The translations under genes and the position numbers were made by a program. A stretch of DNA of 63,918 bases, counting the filler, from Octopus bimaculoides (lineage: Eukaryota): NCBI RefSeq assembly GCF_001194135.2. It is 5 parts of 5 records of this genome, joined end to end, with 100 filler letters (N's around TTAATTAATTAA, not from the genome) between each part and the next. Parts side by side here need not be neighbours in the genome. Positions count along the whole stretch, not along the records: positions 24,163 to 54,309 come from NC_068992.1; positions 54,410 to 59,271 come from NC_068986.1; positions 59,372 to 61,745 come from NW_026389588.1; positions 61,846 to 63,918 come from NW_026401398.1; 1 more part is not named here. One strand, given 5' to 3'. A model generated the notes under the pieces. That model saw nothing but the letters and a program-made list of their open reading frames with translations, made no database searches and was not told the origin of the DNA. This document shows, in pieces, positions 52,348 to 63,918 of this stretch (its first letter is position 1; each line of letters starts with the position of its first letter).

Positions 52348-53579
52348 CATACATTAGCTCCACAGAATGATGGTATGTTCTCAAAGAACTGAGCTTGATG
52401 CAATTTCAGTTCTCAGAGTAGCTATTTCACTTATGCTGCCAGCCTACGATATTTTGCTGGTCCCTATATTGGTAAGAAATGGTTCCCAACTGGGTGACTT
52501 TCTTCACAGAGGCTGCATAAAGCCAAACACTTTTGTCATTTCCCTATAACCAATTCAAATTCAGGTGATATTTTCTATAGTTTTCTTAACTTTTTGCAAA
52601 TCATTGAAAATTAATGATGAAAAATGTAACAAAATATCATTTCCAAATACAGAATTAATTAATTAATTAATTAGTTAATTAATTATTAATTAATTCATTA
52701 ACTAATTCTCTGGATGACTTACTGAGTAATGCCACTTACTCATTTTTCTTCTAGCTCATACCAACAGCTAAAATTTATGAGATATCTGTGAGTTGTACAA
52801 ACCTCAATGAAGGATTGCAAGGAATTGGCTACATTAGAGCCTAATGGAATGAAAAAAAAAAAAAAATCGATTAAATTCTGAAATATCATTTATCTAGCTT
52901 TATTATCTGTTGTCTTGCTAAATGGGGTGTGGAGGTGGAGTTAAGCCCCTTAATTACTTTGCATGAATACTAAATATATTTTTTCTCTTGTATCTATTTG
53001 AAAAGGGATTAAGCTAAAGGCACATGTAAGTTAAAATGATATAAGAGTAAGAGAAATAAATCAAAGTGGCCAGAGGCATGTATTTGAATAACATAGAGAA
53101 ATGCCAGTAAGACTGTTACGATCAGATCCACTTGAGCAGGGGAGATAATCTCAAGATTTAATAATTCTACAAAACTGACCTGCCATTAGGAAAGGTGAAG
53201 GCTTATTATTTGGAGATGAGTGGACAGTTGTGGACACATGTTCCTGGCTCATTAGCCTTCATCGGCACAGCAGTTGTCTGACCACATCTCCAGTAGCTGA
53301 AGACTCATACTTATCCAAGGCACTTACATTGTAACATACACCCATAACACATTCACTATTGTTTTGTTATTTTCATGGATTCAGCCATTGGTCTGTGGTC
53401 ATACTGGAGCAGAAACTTTAAAAGAATTTTAGCTGATCACATTGAAAATAATCGTTATTTCAGTATGGTACTTATTTTACCAGTTCCTGTGTATTGAACA
53501 GCCAAACCATTTAAAAAAAAAATAGATTGCAACTTGTACCATTTTAAATAGGAACACATAGGCATGTGCATATATATAT

Positions 53580-53705
53580 GCCAGTACTGCCTGACTGGCC
53601 CTCGTGCCAGTGGCACGTAAAAAGCACCCACTACACTCTCGGAGTGGTCGGCATTAGGAAGGGCATCCAGCTGTTGAAACCTCGCCAGATCAGATTGGAG
53701 TGATA
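53580..53705 (+). mobile_element. RTE-type 3'UTR fragment
   Basis: gtaaaaagcacccactacactctcggagtggtcggcattaggaagggcatccagctg matches 18174-18235. Confidence 0.7.
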
Positions 53706-54266
53706 CAGCGAACACACTTCTCTGCATCATTGGAGCAAATATATTTTAGAAGAGAATTGCTGTCTAATACAAACTTGGAATTGGTAAAGTCAGGATAATT
53801 CTGTTGTCTGCTTCCCATAGAATGAGCAAAATTATCTATCCATATGAGGATAATGGAACTCATAAAACTTGAACATATGACTTAGTGTTCCTCAGTAATC
53901 TATCACCTTTAACTTTACACCTGTTTATTTAATAAACACAATACCTGTAAATTTCGAAATTCACTCAGAAGTTTGAAAAAGAAAACTGTAACAATTTGGA
54001 GATGTTTTTTTTAGAAAATTACATTCTATTTTAGTTATTTTTTTTTATTCTATGGTTTAGAGGAATTCCTAGGTTTCTTTGCTTAGTGTAAGAATTTATG
54101 TGTGTGTGAATGTATGTATATATTTTGTGTATGTGTGTGTAAATGCATGTGTGTATTTATATATAGACATATATATGTCCATGTCAGCATGGAAGGTAGA
54201 CGTTAAATGTTAAGGATGATGTATGTATGTGTGTGTGTGTGTGTGTGTGTGTTGTGCATGTGTGTG

Positions 54267-54309
<43 letters not shown>

Positions 54310-54479
54310 NNNNNNNNNNNNNNNNNNNNNNNNNNNNNNNNNNNNNNNNNNNNTTAATTAATTAANNNNNNNNNNNNNNNNNNNNNNNNNNNNNNNNNNN
54401 NNNNNNNNNGGTAAAAGCATTGATAAGGCAGTTTATCGACTAATTAATTCGTTATTAATGATAATGGTGATGATGACAC

Positions 54480-55060
54480 TACTACTAATAATTATAATAA
54501 TGTTATATATAATTTTATTATTTTATTATGCGATAGGCTCATGGACTGAAAATTCGGGAGAGGATGTCTTGTCGATTACATCGGCCCCGGTGCTCGACTT
54601 GTACTTATTACATCGATCTCTAAATGGTGAAAAGCTAAGTCGACCTCGGCAGAATTTCAACTGAATTTGAATTTAATAATAATCCTTTCTACTATAGGCA
54701 CAAGACCTGAAATTTGTTGGGAGGAGGGCAGTTGATAACATTAACCCCAGTACTCAACTGATACTTGATTTATCGACCCCGAAAATATGTACAGCAAAGT
54801 TGACCTCTGTGGAATTTGAACTCAGAGCGTAGCGGCACACGAAATACCGCTAAGCGTGTCGCCCAGTGTGCTAACGGTTCTGCCAGCTCACCGCCTTTTT
54901 GAATTTAATAATTATGATAACGGTTTCAAATTTTGGCACAAGGGCAACAGTTTTGAGGGAGGAGTTAAGAAGATTAAATCGATTCCAGTGCTTAATTGGA
55001 ACTTATTCTATCGATCTCAAAAAGATGAAAGGCTAAGTGGATCTCGGCGAAATTTCAATA
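54480..55060 (-). mobile_element. Three tandem SINE family 3 copies (one full, 54674-54896; two partial)
   Basis: tRNA-like head GGCGGTGAGCTGGCAGAACCGTTAGCAC at 54896-54868. The central domain (cctttcatc..ggggtcgataaa..aagtaccag consensus) recurs three times in variant form, with (ATT)n tails. Confidence 0.75.
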
Positions 55061-55145
55061 AAAATAATGATAATAATAATAATGAAGATGATTTCTTTTG
55101 TTGACCACAAGAGCCCAAGACATGGAGGACAATATCATCATCATC

Positions 55146-55750
<605 letters not shown>

Positions 55751-55751
<1 letters not shown>

Positions 55752-55892
55752 AATTAAACCTTGGGAGAGGCATTATGCCGGTAATAAACACCAGTCCTTT
55801 ATTAATTTATATAGTTTTTTGTTAAATTAATAAAGGACTGAACCAGTGCGTGTGTTTATTACCGGCATAATGCCTCTCCCAAGGTTTAATTG
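55751..55892. mobile_element. 142-bp fold-back MITE with perfect 41-bp TIRs and TA flanks
   Basis: 55749-55791 is the exact reverse complement of 55852-55894, and 55792-55808 is the exact reverse complement of 55824-55840. Confidence 0.75.
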
Positions 55893-56060
55893 TATTTCTT
55901 TCAACACACGTATCCACATCAAGAATCTTGCACACGAAATACACATACGAAATTATTATTATTATTTATTATTTATTATTATTATTATTATTAGTAGTAG
56001 TAGTAGTAGTATTATCATCATCATCATCATCATCATCATTATCATGATTATTATTATTAT

Positions 56061-56885
56061 ACTATCAAAAGCCTTTCAATAATCGATCCAATCCATATTT
56101 AGACCCTTCTTTTTTCTGCGGTTGTCTTCAGTTGTGGCTTTATTGATCAGTAGCTGATCTTTACAGCCCTTGCAACATAGCTTCTACTCTTTTGGAAACA
56201 GGCTGTTTTCTTCCGGATGTTTGCCCGTTCTCTGCAATATTATTGCAATAAAGGCTTTGTAAATTGTAGGGAGACAATTTATCGGTCTGCAATGTTGTGG
56301 GTTTGCCATTTCAGTGGATTTGGGAATTAGGATATTTTTCCCTTCTGTGAGCCATTCAGGTAATGTCTCTGGCTCTGCTAGTATTTCATTAAATTTCTCA
56401 GCCAGCGTTTTATGTATTCCTGTTCGATATTTAACCAGTTGCTTAGTTTTGCAGTGCCAGGGTGACCTCTTCGGTTATCATACGAGTCCAGAGTTGTTCA
56501 GGTATTGTGTTTGTTGTTTTGATAGATCTTTTCTGAAGTTGTTCCTTTGCCGACCATATTTCTTTCCAGAATTCTTCCACTTCTTCTGCTGTTGATGCTG
56601 AATTGATGTCTATTTTATTTTTGTCAAGTTCTTGGCAGAATCTTTTGAGGTTCGTGTTGAACTGTTTGTTTTGTTCAAAGAAATGTTGACGTTTCTCATA
56701 TCGGCGGATTCTTTGTGCTTTGGCGACGATATCTTGCTTTAGCTGTTCTTTTACTTCAGGTATACCTTGTTCTGTAATTTTGTATTTACGTAGTATTTTT
56801 CTTCTCTTCTTGTTGCTTAGTAGTGTTGATTGTCTACTAGTTTCATTAAGGATTGACAGATCCTTTCTTTTATTTGGCTAGGTCT
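56061..56885 (-). mobile_element. R4/Dong-clade reverse transcriptase fragment
   Basis: KQDIVAKAQRIRRYEKRQ...EEFWKEIW...LPEWLTEGKNILIPKS...CRPINCLPTIYK...KGCKDQLLINKA...WIDY*KAFDS, with stops and frameshifts. Confidence 0.8.
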
Positions 56886-56929
56886 GAGGGAGTATCCAGC
56901 TTATTTTGATTGTCATTGTAATTATTATT

Positions 56930-58345
56930 GGGTGAGAGAACAGCATACGCCATCAAATACGGGATACGAATATATGAATCTCAGTATACCCATCATGACA
57001 ACTGAGATATATGTATCACAGCCACATCTGCATATCAAGATAAACAGCGCATGATCTTGCAGGTGTTATAATTTTCTTCAGGTCGAGTAGCGCTTCCCAC
57101 TCAATAGATCCCTAAATAAGGGTTGTTTAAGGATGATGAACGACACATCCATGTTTCCAAGATAAACAGCGCATGATCTTGCAGGTGTTATAATTTTCTT
57201 CAGGTCGAGTAGCGCTTCCCACTCAATAGATCCCTAAATAAGGGTTGTTTAAGGATGANNNNNNNNNNNNNNNNNNNNNNNNNNNNNNNNNNNNNNNNNN
57301 NNNNNNNNNNNNNNNNNNNNNNNNNNNNNNNNNNNNNNNNNNNNNNNNNNNNNNNNNNNNNNNNNNNNNNNNNNNNNNNNNNNNNNNNNNNNNNNNNNNN
57401 NNNNNNNNNNNNNNNNNNNNNNNNNNNNNNNNNNNNNNNNNNNNNNNNNNNNNNNNNNNNNNNNNNNNNNNNNNNNNNNNNNNNNNNNNNNNNNNNNNNN
57501 NNNNNNNNNNNNNNNNNNNNNNNNNNNNNNNNNNNNNNNNNNNNNNNNNNNNNNNNNNNNNNNNNNNNNNNNNNNNNNNNNNNNNNNNNNNNNNNNNNNN
57601 NNNNNNNNNNNNNNNNNNNNNNNNNNNNNNNNNNNNNNNNNNNNNNNNNNNNNNNNNNNNNNNNNNNNNNNNNNNNNNNNNNNNNNNNNNNNNNNNNNNN
57701 NNNNNNNNNNNNNNNNNNNNNNNNNNNNNNNNNNNNNNNNNNNNNNNNNNNNNNNNNNNNNNNNNNNNNNNNNNNNNNNNNNNNNNNNNNNNNNNNNNNN
57801 NNNNNNNNNNNNNNNNNNNNNNNNNNNNNNNNNNNNNNNNNNNNNNNNNNNNNNNNNNNNNNNNNNNNNNNNNNNNNNNNNNNNNNNNNNNNNNNNNNNN
57901 NNNNNNNNNNNNNNNNNNNNNNNNNNNNNNNNNNNNNNNNNNNNNNNNNNNNNNNNNNNNNNNNNNNNNNNNNNNNNNNNNNNNNNNNNNNNNNNNNNNN
58001 NNNNNNNNNNNNNNNNNNNNNNNNNNNNNNNNNNNNNTCAAGATAAACAGCGCATGATCTTGCAGGTGTTATAATTTTCTTCAGGTCGAGTAGCGCTTCC
58101 CACTCTATAAATCCCTAAATAAGGGTTGTTTAAGGATGATGAACGACACATCCATGTTTCCAAGGGTGAATATTCAAACACTCAAAGAATTCGTCTCAAC
58201 ACATGGCTATGATACTCTCCCACTACTTTTGTTCATGATGAGAGACTCACTTATCGTCAGCCATTAAAGGATATGCTCAACTGGTTACGGGCAAGCAAAT
58301 GACAAACAAATCTGCGGTATTGAGCAGAATATTTGTTGTAGTCCA
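56930..58345 (-). mobile_element. Unclassified retroposon-like repeat with internal 122-bp tandem duplication, spanning a gap
   Basis: Homologous to 58716-59075. The unit caagataaacagcgcatg...ccatgtttc starts at 57036, 57158 and 58039. Confidence 0.6.
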
Positions 58346-58447
58346 TTTTTACACCAATATGTACATGATAACACTTACAATCAGTTAAGATCAGAAGGCA
58401 CGAGAGCTTGCCTTGTACTGTGTCAGGGCAGGCGAGCTGGCAAGACA

Positions 58448-58660
58448 GGCGGCGAGCTGGCAGAATCGCTAGCACGCCGGGCGAAGTGCTTAGTGGTATT
58501 TCGTCTGTAGATACGTTCTGAGTTCCAATTCCACCAAGGTCGGCTTTGTCTTTCATCATTTCGGGTCGATAAATTAAGTACCAGTTGAACGCTGAGGTCG
58601 ATGTAATCAACACAACCCCTCGTCCAATTGCTACCCTTGTGGCAAAATTTGAAATCATCA

Positions 58661-58715
<55 letters not shown>
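58448..58715 (+). mobile_element. SINE family 3, full length, with (ATT)n tail
   Basis: Head ggcggcgagctggcagaatcgctagcacgccgggcg, central ggtcggctttgtctttcatcatttcgggtcgataaattaagtaccag, ATT tail. Confidence 0.85.
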
Positions 58716-58716
<1 letters not shown>

Positions 58717-59075
58717 GAGTGAGAGAGCAGTGCATGCCACCATAGTGACACCAGGGTAAAATATACGAAGCCTAATATACCCATTATCACTACCCGTCTA
58801 ATAAACGCACAGGCAACACAACCATATGTGCACGACAGGTGATCTCATATCAAGATAAACAGCGCATGACCTTGCAGGTGGGACCCATGCCACTCAAAAG
58901 GTCCCTGAATAAGGTTTGTTTAAGGATGATGAACAAAACACCCATGTTTCCAGAGGTGAATTATTCAAACCCCAAAGAATTCCTCTCAACACATGGCTAT
59001 GATGCTCCCCCACTACTTCTGCTCGTGATCAGAGATGCACATATCGTCAGTAACTAAGGGACATGCTCAACTGCC
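58716..59075 (-). mobile_element. Unclassified retroposon-like repeat ending ctctctcactc(AAT)n
   Basis: Second copy of the 56930-58345 family. Its tail is the same array as the adjacent SINE-3 tail. Confidence 0.6.
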
Positions 59076-59084
59076 GCTACCTTC

Positions 59085-59236
59085 TGAGTTTAAATTCCGC
59101 CGAGGTTGACTTTGCCTTTCATCCTTTTGGTGTCGATAAATTAAGTACTAGTTGAATACTGGGGTCGATGTAATCGACATATCCTCTTGCCCAAAATGGC
59201 TGCCCTTGTGACAAAATTTGAAACCATTATTATTAC

Positions 59237-59271
<35 letters not shown>
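59085..59271 (+). mobile_element. SINE family 3, 3' portion
   Basis: gaggttgactttgcctttcatccttttggtgtcgataaattaagtac...aaatttgaaacc(att)n. Confidence 0.75.
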
Positions 59272-60958
59272 NNNNNNNNNNNNNNNNNNNNNNNNNNNNN
59301 NNNNNNNNNNNNNNNTTAATTAATTAANNNNNNNNNNNNNNNNNNNNNNNNNNNNNNNNNNNNNNNNNNNNACGAGAGAAACAAATGGAAAACAAGACAA
59401 GTAGCATAAAGAACGACCCTTTATCATTTGTCAGCTGTCCATCTACTCTTCATTTCGAGCATTTAACGACAATATGAGGCTTCAAAAAGCATTTGCTTCC
59501 GCGAAATCTAATGATCAGCTGCAATAACTCAATTATAGACCCGTTATAAAACTTTTTCCAAGTATAAAATTTCAACGAAACTTTAAAAACAAATGGCAAC
59601 AAATAAAATTAGGGTGGTGCACCAGAATGTCCATAGTCCATGGATTAAAACCAATAATAGAATATACATGTATATATGTGTAAAATGCGTATTAGACACA
59701 CAAAAAGGGCAAATCTAACTATTTCTCAGATTGGAAAAAAATTAAATACAGCCTCAGGAAAATTATTGGTTTTCATGAGTATAGGCAACATCGCTTAACC
59801 AACCCTGACGAGCAAATGACCAATCTGTTTATATACACAGCAAATCCAGGAGATTCAGAGAAGTGGAGCTACTAATTTGCATACTTATTTAACATTTTGT
59901 TCAGTATCAGCGGCCTTTCAACGAGGATCTCATTCACACAGTATTAAAGTATGATGTAATATATATATATATATATANNNNNNNNNNNNNNNNNNNNNNN
60001 NNNNNNNNNNNNNNNNNNNNNNNNNNNNNNNNNNNNNNNNNNNNNNNNNNNNNNNNNNNNNNNNNNNNNNNNNNNNNNNNNNNNNNNNNNNNNNNNNNNN
60101 NNNNNNNNNNNNNNNNNNNNNNNNNNNNNNNNNNNNNNNNNNNNNNNNNNNNNNNNNNNNNNNNNNNNNNNNNNNNNNNNNNNNNNNNNNNNNNNNNNNN
60201 NNNNNNNNNNNNNNNNNNNNNNNNNNNNNNNNNNNNNNNNNNNNNNNNNNNNNNNNNNNNNNNNNNNNNNNNNNNNNNNNNNNNNNNNNNNNNNNNNNNN
60301 NNNNNNNNNNNNNNNNNNNNNNNNNNNNNNNNNNNNNNNNNNNNNNNNNNNNNNNNNNNNNNNNNNNNNNNNNNNNNNNNNNNNNNNNNNNNNNNNNNNN
60401 NNNNNNNNNNNNNNNNNNNNNNNNNNNNNNNNNNNNNNNNNNNNNNNNNNNNNNNNNNNNNNNNNNNNNNNNNNNNNNNNNNNNNNNNNNNNNNNNNNNN
60501 NNNNNNNNNNNNNNNNNNNNNNNNNNNNNNNNNNNNNNNNNNNNNNNNNNNNNNNNNNNNNNNNNNNNNNNNNNNNNNNNNNNNNNNNNNNNNNNNNNNN
60601 NNNNNNNNNNNNNNNNNNNNNNNNNNNNNNNNNNNNNNNNNNNNNNNNNNNNNNNNNNNNNNNNNNNNNNNNNNNNNNNNNNNNNNNNNNNNNNNNNNNN
60701 NNNNNNNNNNNNNNNNNNNNNNNNNNNNNNNNNNNNNNNNNNNNNNNNNNNNNNNNNNNNNNNNNNNNNNNNNNNNNNNNNNNNNNNNNNNNNNNNNNNN
60801 NNNNNNNNNNNNNNNNNNNNNNNNNNNNNNNNNNNNNNNNNNNNNNNNNNNNNNNNNNNNNNNNNNNNNNNNNNNNNNNNNNNNNNNNNNNNNNNNNNNN
60901 NNNNNNNNNNNNNNNNNNNNNNNNNNNNNNNNNNNNNNNNNNNNNNNNNNNNNNNNNN

Positions 60959-61267
60959 TTAACGTGCAAGTGGCTGAGCACTCAAAAGACACGTGTACCC
61001 TTAACGTAGTTCTCGGGGATATTCAGCGTGACACAGTGTGACAAGGCTGACCCTTTAAATTACAGGCACAACAGAAATAGGAAGTAAGAATGAGAGAAAG
61101 GTGTGGTGAAAGAATACAGCAGGGTTCGCCACCATCCCCTGCCGGAGCCTCGTGGAGCTTTAGGTACTTTCGCTCAATATACACTCACAACACCCGGTCT
61201 GGGAATCGAAACCGCGATCCTATAACCGCGTGTCCCCTGCCCTAACCGCTGGGCCATTGCGCCTCCA
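60959..61267 (-). mobile_element. tRNA-derived SINE, family 1, 3' end lost in a gap
   Basis: Collinear with 38951-39335. Confidence 0.9.
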
Positions 61268-62094
61268 CATTGTTGCTATTATCAACTGAGATATTAAAGC
61301 CAATTTAGGTGCTTGCAATTTCATTATCGTGATTATTCTGGAAATATTTATTATTCTTTTCCTTTCCCTTTGCATATCACTTGTAGAAACAGCTTCATTT
61401 TTCTTCGAGGAAGCGTTTCCTACTTGTTTTGCCATTTTTCTTCTCGCTATGTTTTTAAAATATGAGAAAAATTAGAAAAGAGCAATATGAACCTAATATG
61501 TTCTAATAGAGTTACTTTTTGCTACAAAGAAGAAGAAAGAATTTTGAAATTTGAGGAGACTTTGACACCAAAACTCAGAATAACATCTCTGTTAATTAAA
61601 TTAGCATGGGACAGTTTTTTTGATTAATAATAATAATGTGCCGGGAAGACAGTTGGCAAGAAATGGAAACAAATCTGAAGTAAGTAAAAAAAGACTAATA
61701 ATAATAATAATAATAATAATAATTCGTTCGTTTTATTGGCCACAANNNNNNNNNNNNNNNNNNNNNNNNNNNNNNNNNNNNNNNNNNNNTTAATTAATTA
61801 ANNNNNNNNNNNNNNNNNNNNNNNNNNNNNNNNNNNNNNNNNNNNCACTTAGATACTTCCCGAACCGACAACCATTTTACTCAGGAGTCATCTTAAAAGA
61901 AGGATACCTCCACAAATGTCGATACTCTTCCAAAAAACTGCTCAACCGGTTATCATTCTCATTCTCATTTAAGCCACAATATTTCTGGCTTACCTACAAG
62001 GAACTGCGGTATTCACCTCTTCCAGAGAGTAAGGTTGGTCCATGTTTTCGGTTTTATTTCATCATTTATTCTTATGACTATTGTCTTTTTTGCT

Positions 62095-63918
62095 TTTCGC
62101 TTGTCGATCTGACAAAGGCCTTCGATACAGTTAATAGAAAAGCACCATGGAAAGTCCTCCAGAAACTTGGTTGTCCTGAAAAGTTCCTTGCTGTGGNNNN
62201 NNNNNNTGGTTGTCCTGAAAAGTTCCTTGCTGTGGTTAGGTCTTTTCATGAAGACAGGAAGGGTAGGGTTAATGTTAGAGGTAAAATGTCGGAGCCATCT
62301 CAATACAAAATGGAATGAAACAGAGGGATATTCTGGCACCGACTCTATTCGCCATATATTTTGCGATGGTTTTTTGTATTGCATTCAGAAATTGCNNNNN
62401 NNNNNNNNNNNNNNNNNNNNNNNNNNNNNNNNNNNNNNNNNNNNNNNNNNNNNNNNNNNNNNNNNNNNNNNNNNNNNNNNNNNNNNNNNNNNNNNNNNNN
62501 NNNNNNNNNNNNNNNNNNNNNNNNNNNNNNNNNNNNNNNNNNNNNNNNNNNNNNNNNNNNNNNNNNNNNNNNNNNNNNNNNNNNNNNNNNNNNNNNNNNN
62601 NNNNNNNNNNNNNNNNNNNNNNNNNNNNNNNNNNNNNNNNNNNNNNNNNNNNNNNNNNNNNNNNNNNNNNNNNNNNNNNNNNNNNNNNNNNNNNNNNNNN
62701 NNNNNNNNNNNNNNNNNNNNNNNNNNNNNNNNNNNNNNNNNNNNNNNNNNNNNNNNNNNNNNNNNNNNNNNNNNNNNNNNNNNNNNNNNNNNNNNNNNNN
62801 NNNNNNNNNNNNNNNNNNNNNNNNNNNNNNNNNNNNNNNNNNNNNNNNNNNNNNNNNNNNNNNNNNNNNNNNNNNNNNNNNNNNNNNNNNNNNNNNNNNN
62901 NNNNNNNNNNNNNNNNNNNNNNNNNNNTTCGGAAGGCTAGAAAGACGTCTCTGGGGTCGGCGAGACATATGCAGGAATACAAAGATAAAGGTGTACAAGG
63001 CATTTGTGCTCTTTTCTCTTCTTTATGCCTGCCAGACCTNNNNNNNNNNTCACATATCCATACCACTGTGGTGTATGCATGCGTGTAGAAGTAATCGGCT
63101 TACTTCAGTTTTCCTTCCTGTGCACGAGTCTGTCCTGCGGTATCCATTCCTCGCGGCACGCCCAACCCGAAAAACACTAGAAATAGCAGCTGCTTCTCCC
63201 AACACCTAGACGATNNNNNNNNNNNNNNNNNNNNNNNNNNNNNNNNNNNNNNNNNNNNNNNNNNNNNNNNNNNNNNNNNNNNNNNNNNNNNNNNNNNNNN
63301 NNNNNNNNNNCTTCCTCTTCCGGTCAGCTCGCCGTTCCGGTCAGAGGTCAGCTACCCAGTTGCTGGCGTCATACCACAACCACCTTAAACAACTGGAACG
63401 TCTCCATCAGATGTGTCTCAGACGGATCNNNNNNNNNNCCACCTTAAACAACTGGAACGTCTCCATCAGATGTGTCTCAGACGGATCTGTGACATCAAGT
63501 GGGAGGACCGCATCAGTGATCTTGAGATATTGGAAAACTCTCGGTGNNNNNNNNNNNNNNNNNNNNNNNNNNNNNNNNNNNNNNNNNNNNNNNNNNNNNN
63601 NNNNNNNNNNNNNNNNNNNAGGATGAAAGATTCAAGGATGCCAAAACAACTCTTTTATGGAGAGTTAGCCAAAGGAGAACGACCTCCACATAAGCCGAAA
63701 AAGAGAGATAAAGACTTGCTGAAGGTTTCCTTGAGAGATGCCAACATCTTTCCTACCACGTGGGAAGGNNNNNNNNNNTGAAGGTTTCCTTGAGAGATGC
63801 CAACATCTTTCCTACCACGTGGGAAGGCATAGCTATTGACCATGGCAGGTGGAGAAGGATTGTGCATGAGGGACAACTATTTTTGAGAAATCACGAATTG
63901 CACATGAGAAATTAAGGA
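62095..63918 (+). mobile_element. RTE/BovB-like LINE reverse transcriptase and C-terminus, gapped and degenerate
   Basis: VDLTKAFDTVNRK..WKVLQKLGCPEKF...LAPTLFAIYF...FGRLERRLW...TKIKVYKA...LKQLERLHQMCLRRICDIKWEDRISDLEIL...RMPKQLFYGEL. Confidence 0.85.

Noticed and set aside
58985-59060. CTGACGA on the minus strand as a second hammerhead core
   Set aside because: It is not followed by a convincing stem II plus GAAA.
62168-62236. Short direct duplications flanking 10-N gaps (also 63375-63485 and 63718-63808)
   Set aside because: Unmerged contig overlaps.

Overview
AT-rich, gapped, repeat-dense eukaryotic scaffold. The compact multi-finger C2H2 genes, tRNA-derived SINE families and dense microsatellites suggest an octopus or other coleoid cephalopod draft assembly (inference). 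The first 23 kb hold three paralogous zinc-finger-only genes: ZNF-A (minus, 23 fingers), ZNF-B (plus, 13 fingers) and ZNF-C (minus, at least 18 fingers, interrupted by a gap). All three have a single coding exon behind a conserved splice acceptor, a short upstream ORF in the same register, a homologous terminal finger and a conserved 3'UTR block. ZNF-A and ZNF-B sit head-to-head, with mirror-image non-coding first exons about 0.7 kb apart, which suggests a bidirectional promoter created by inverted duplication. ZNF-A has lost its last finger to a nonsense mutation, and the fossil finger is still readable in the 3'UTR. The remaining ~40 kb has no recognisable host gene. It contains SINEs (several with clean TSDs), RTE, R4/Dong and other RLE-type LINE fragments, a Chapaev-like transposon remnant, mariner and pogo MITEs, a solo LTR, fold-back hairpins and simple repeats. 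All translations, alignments and counts were done by eye; family names are recognitions that were not database-confirmed.
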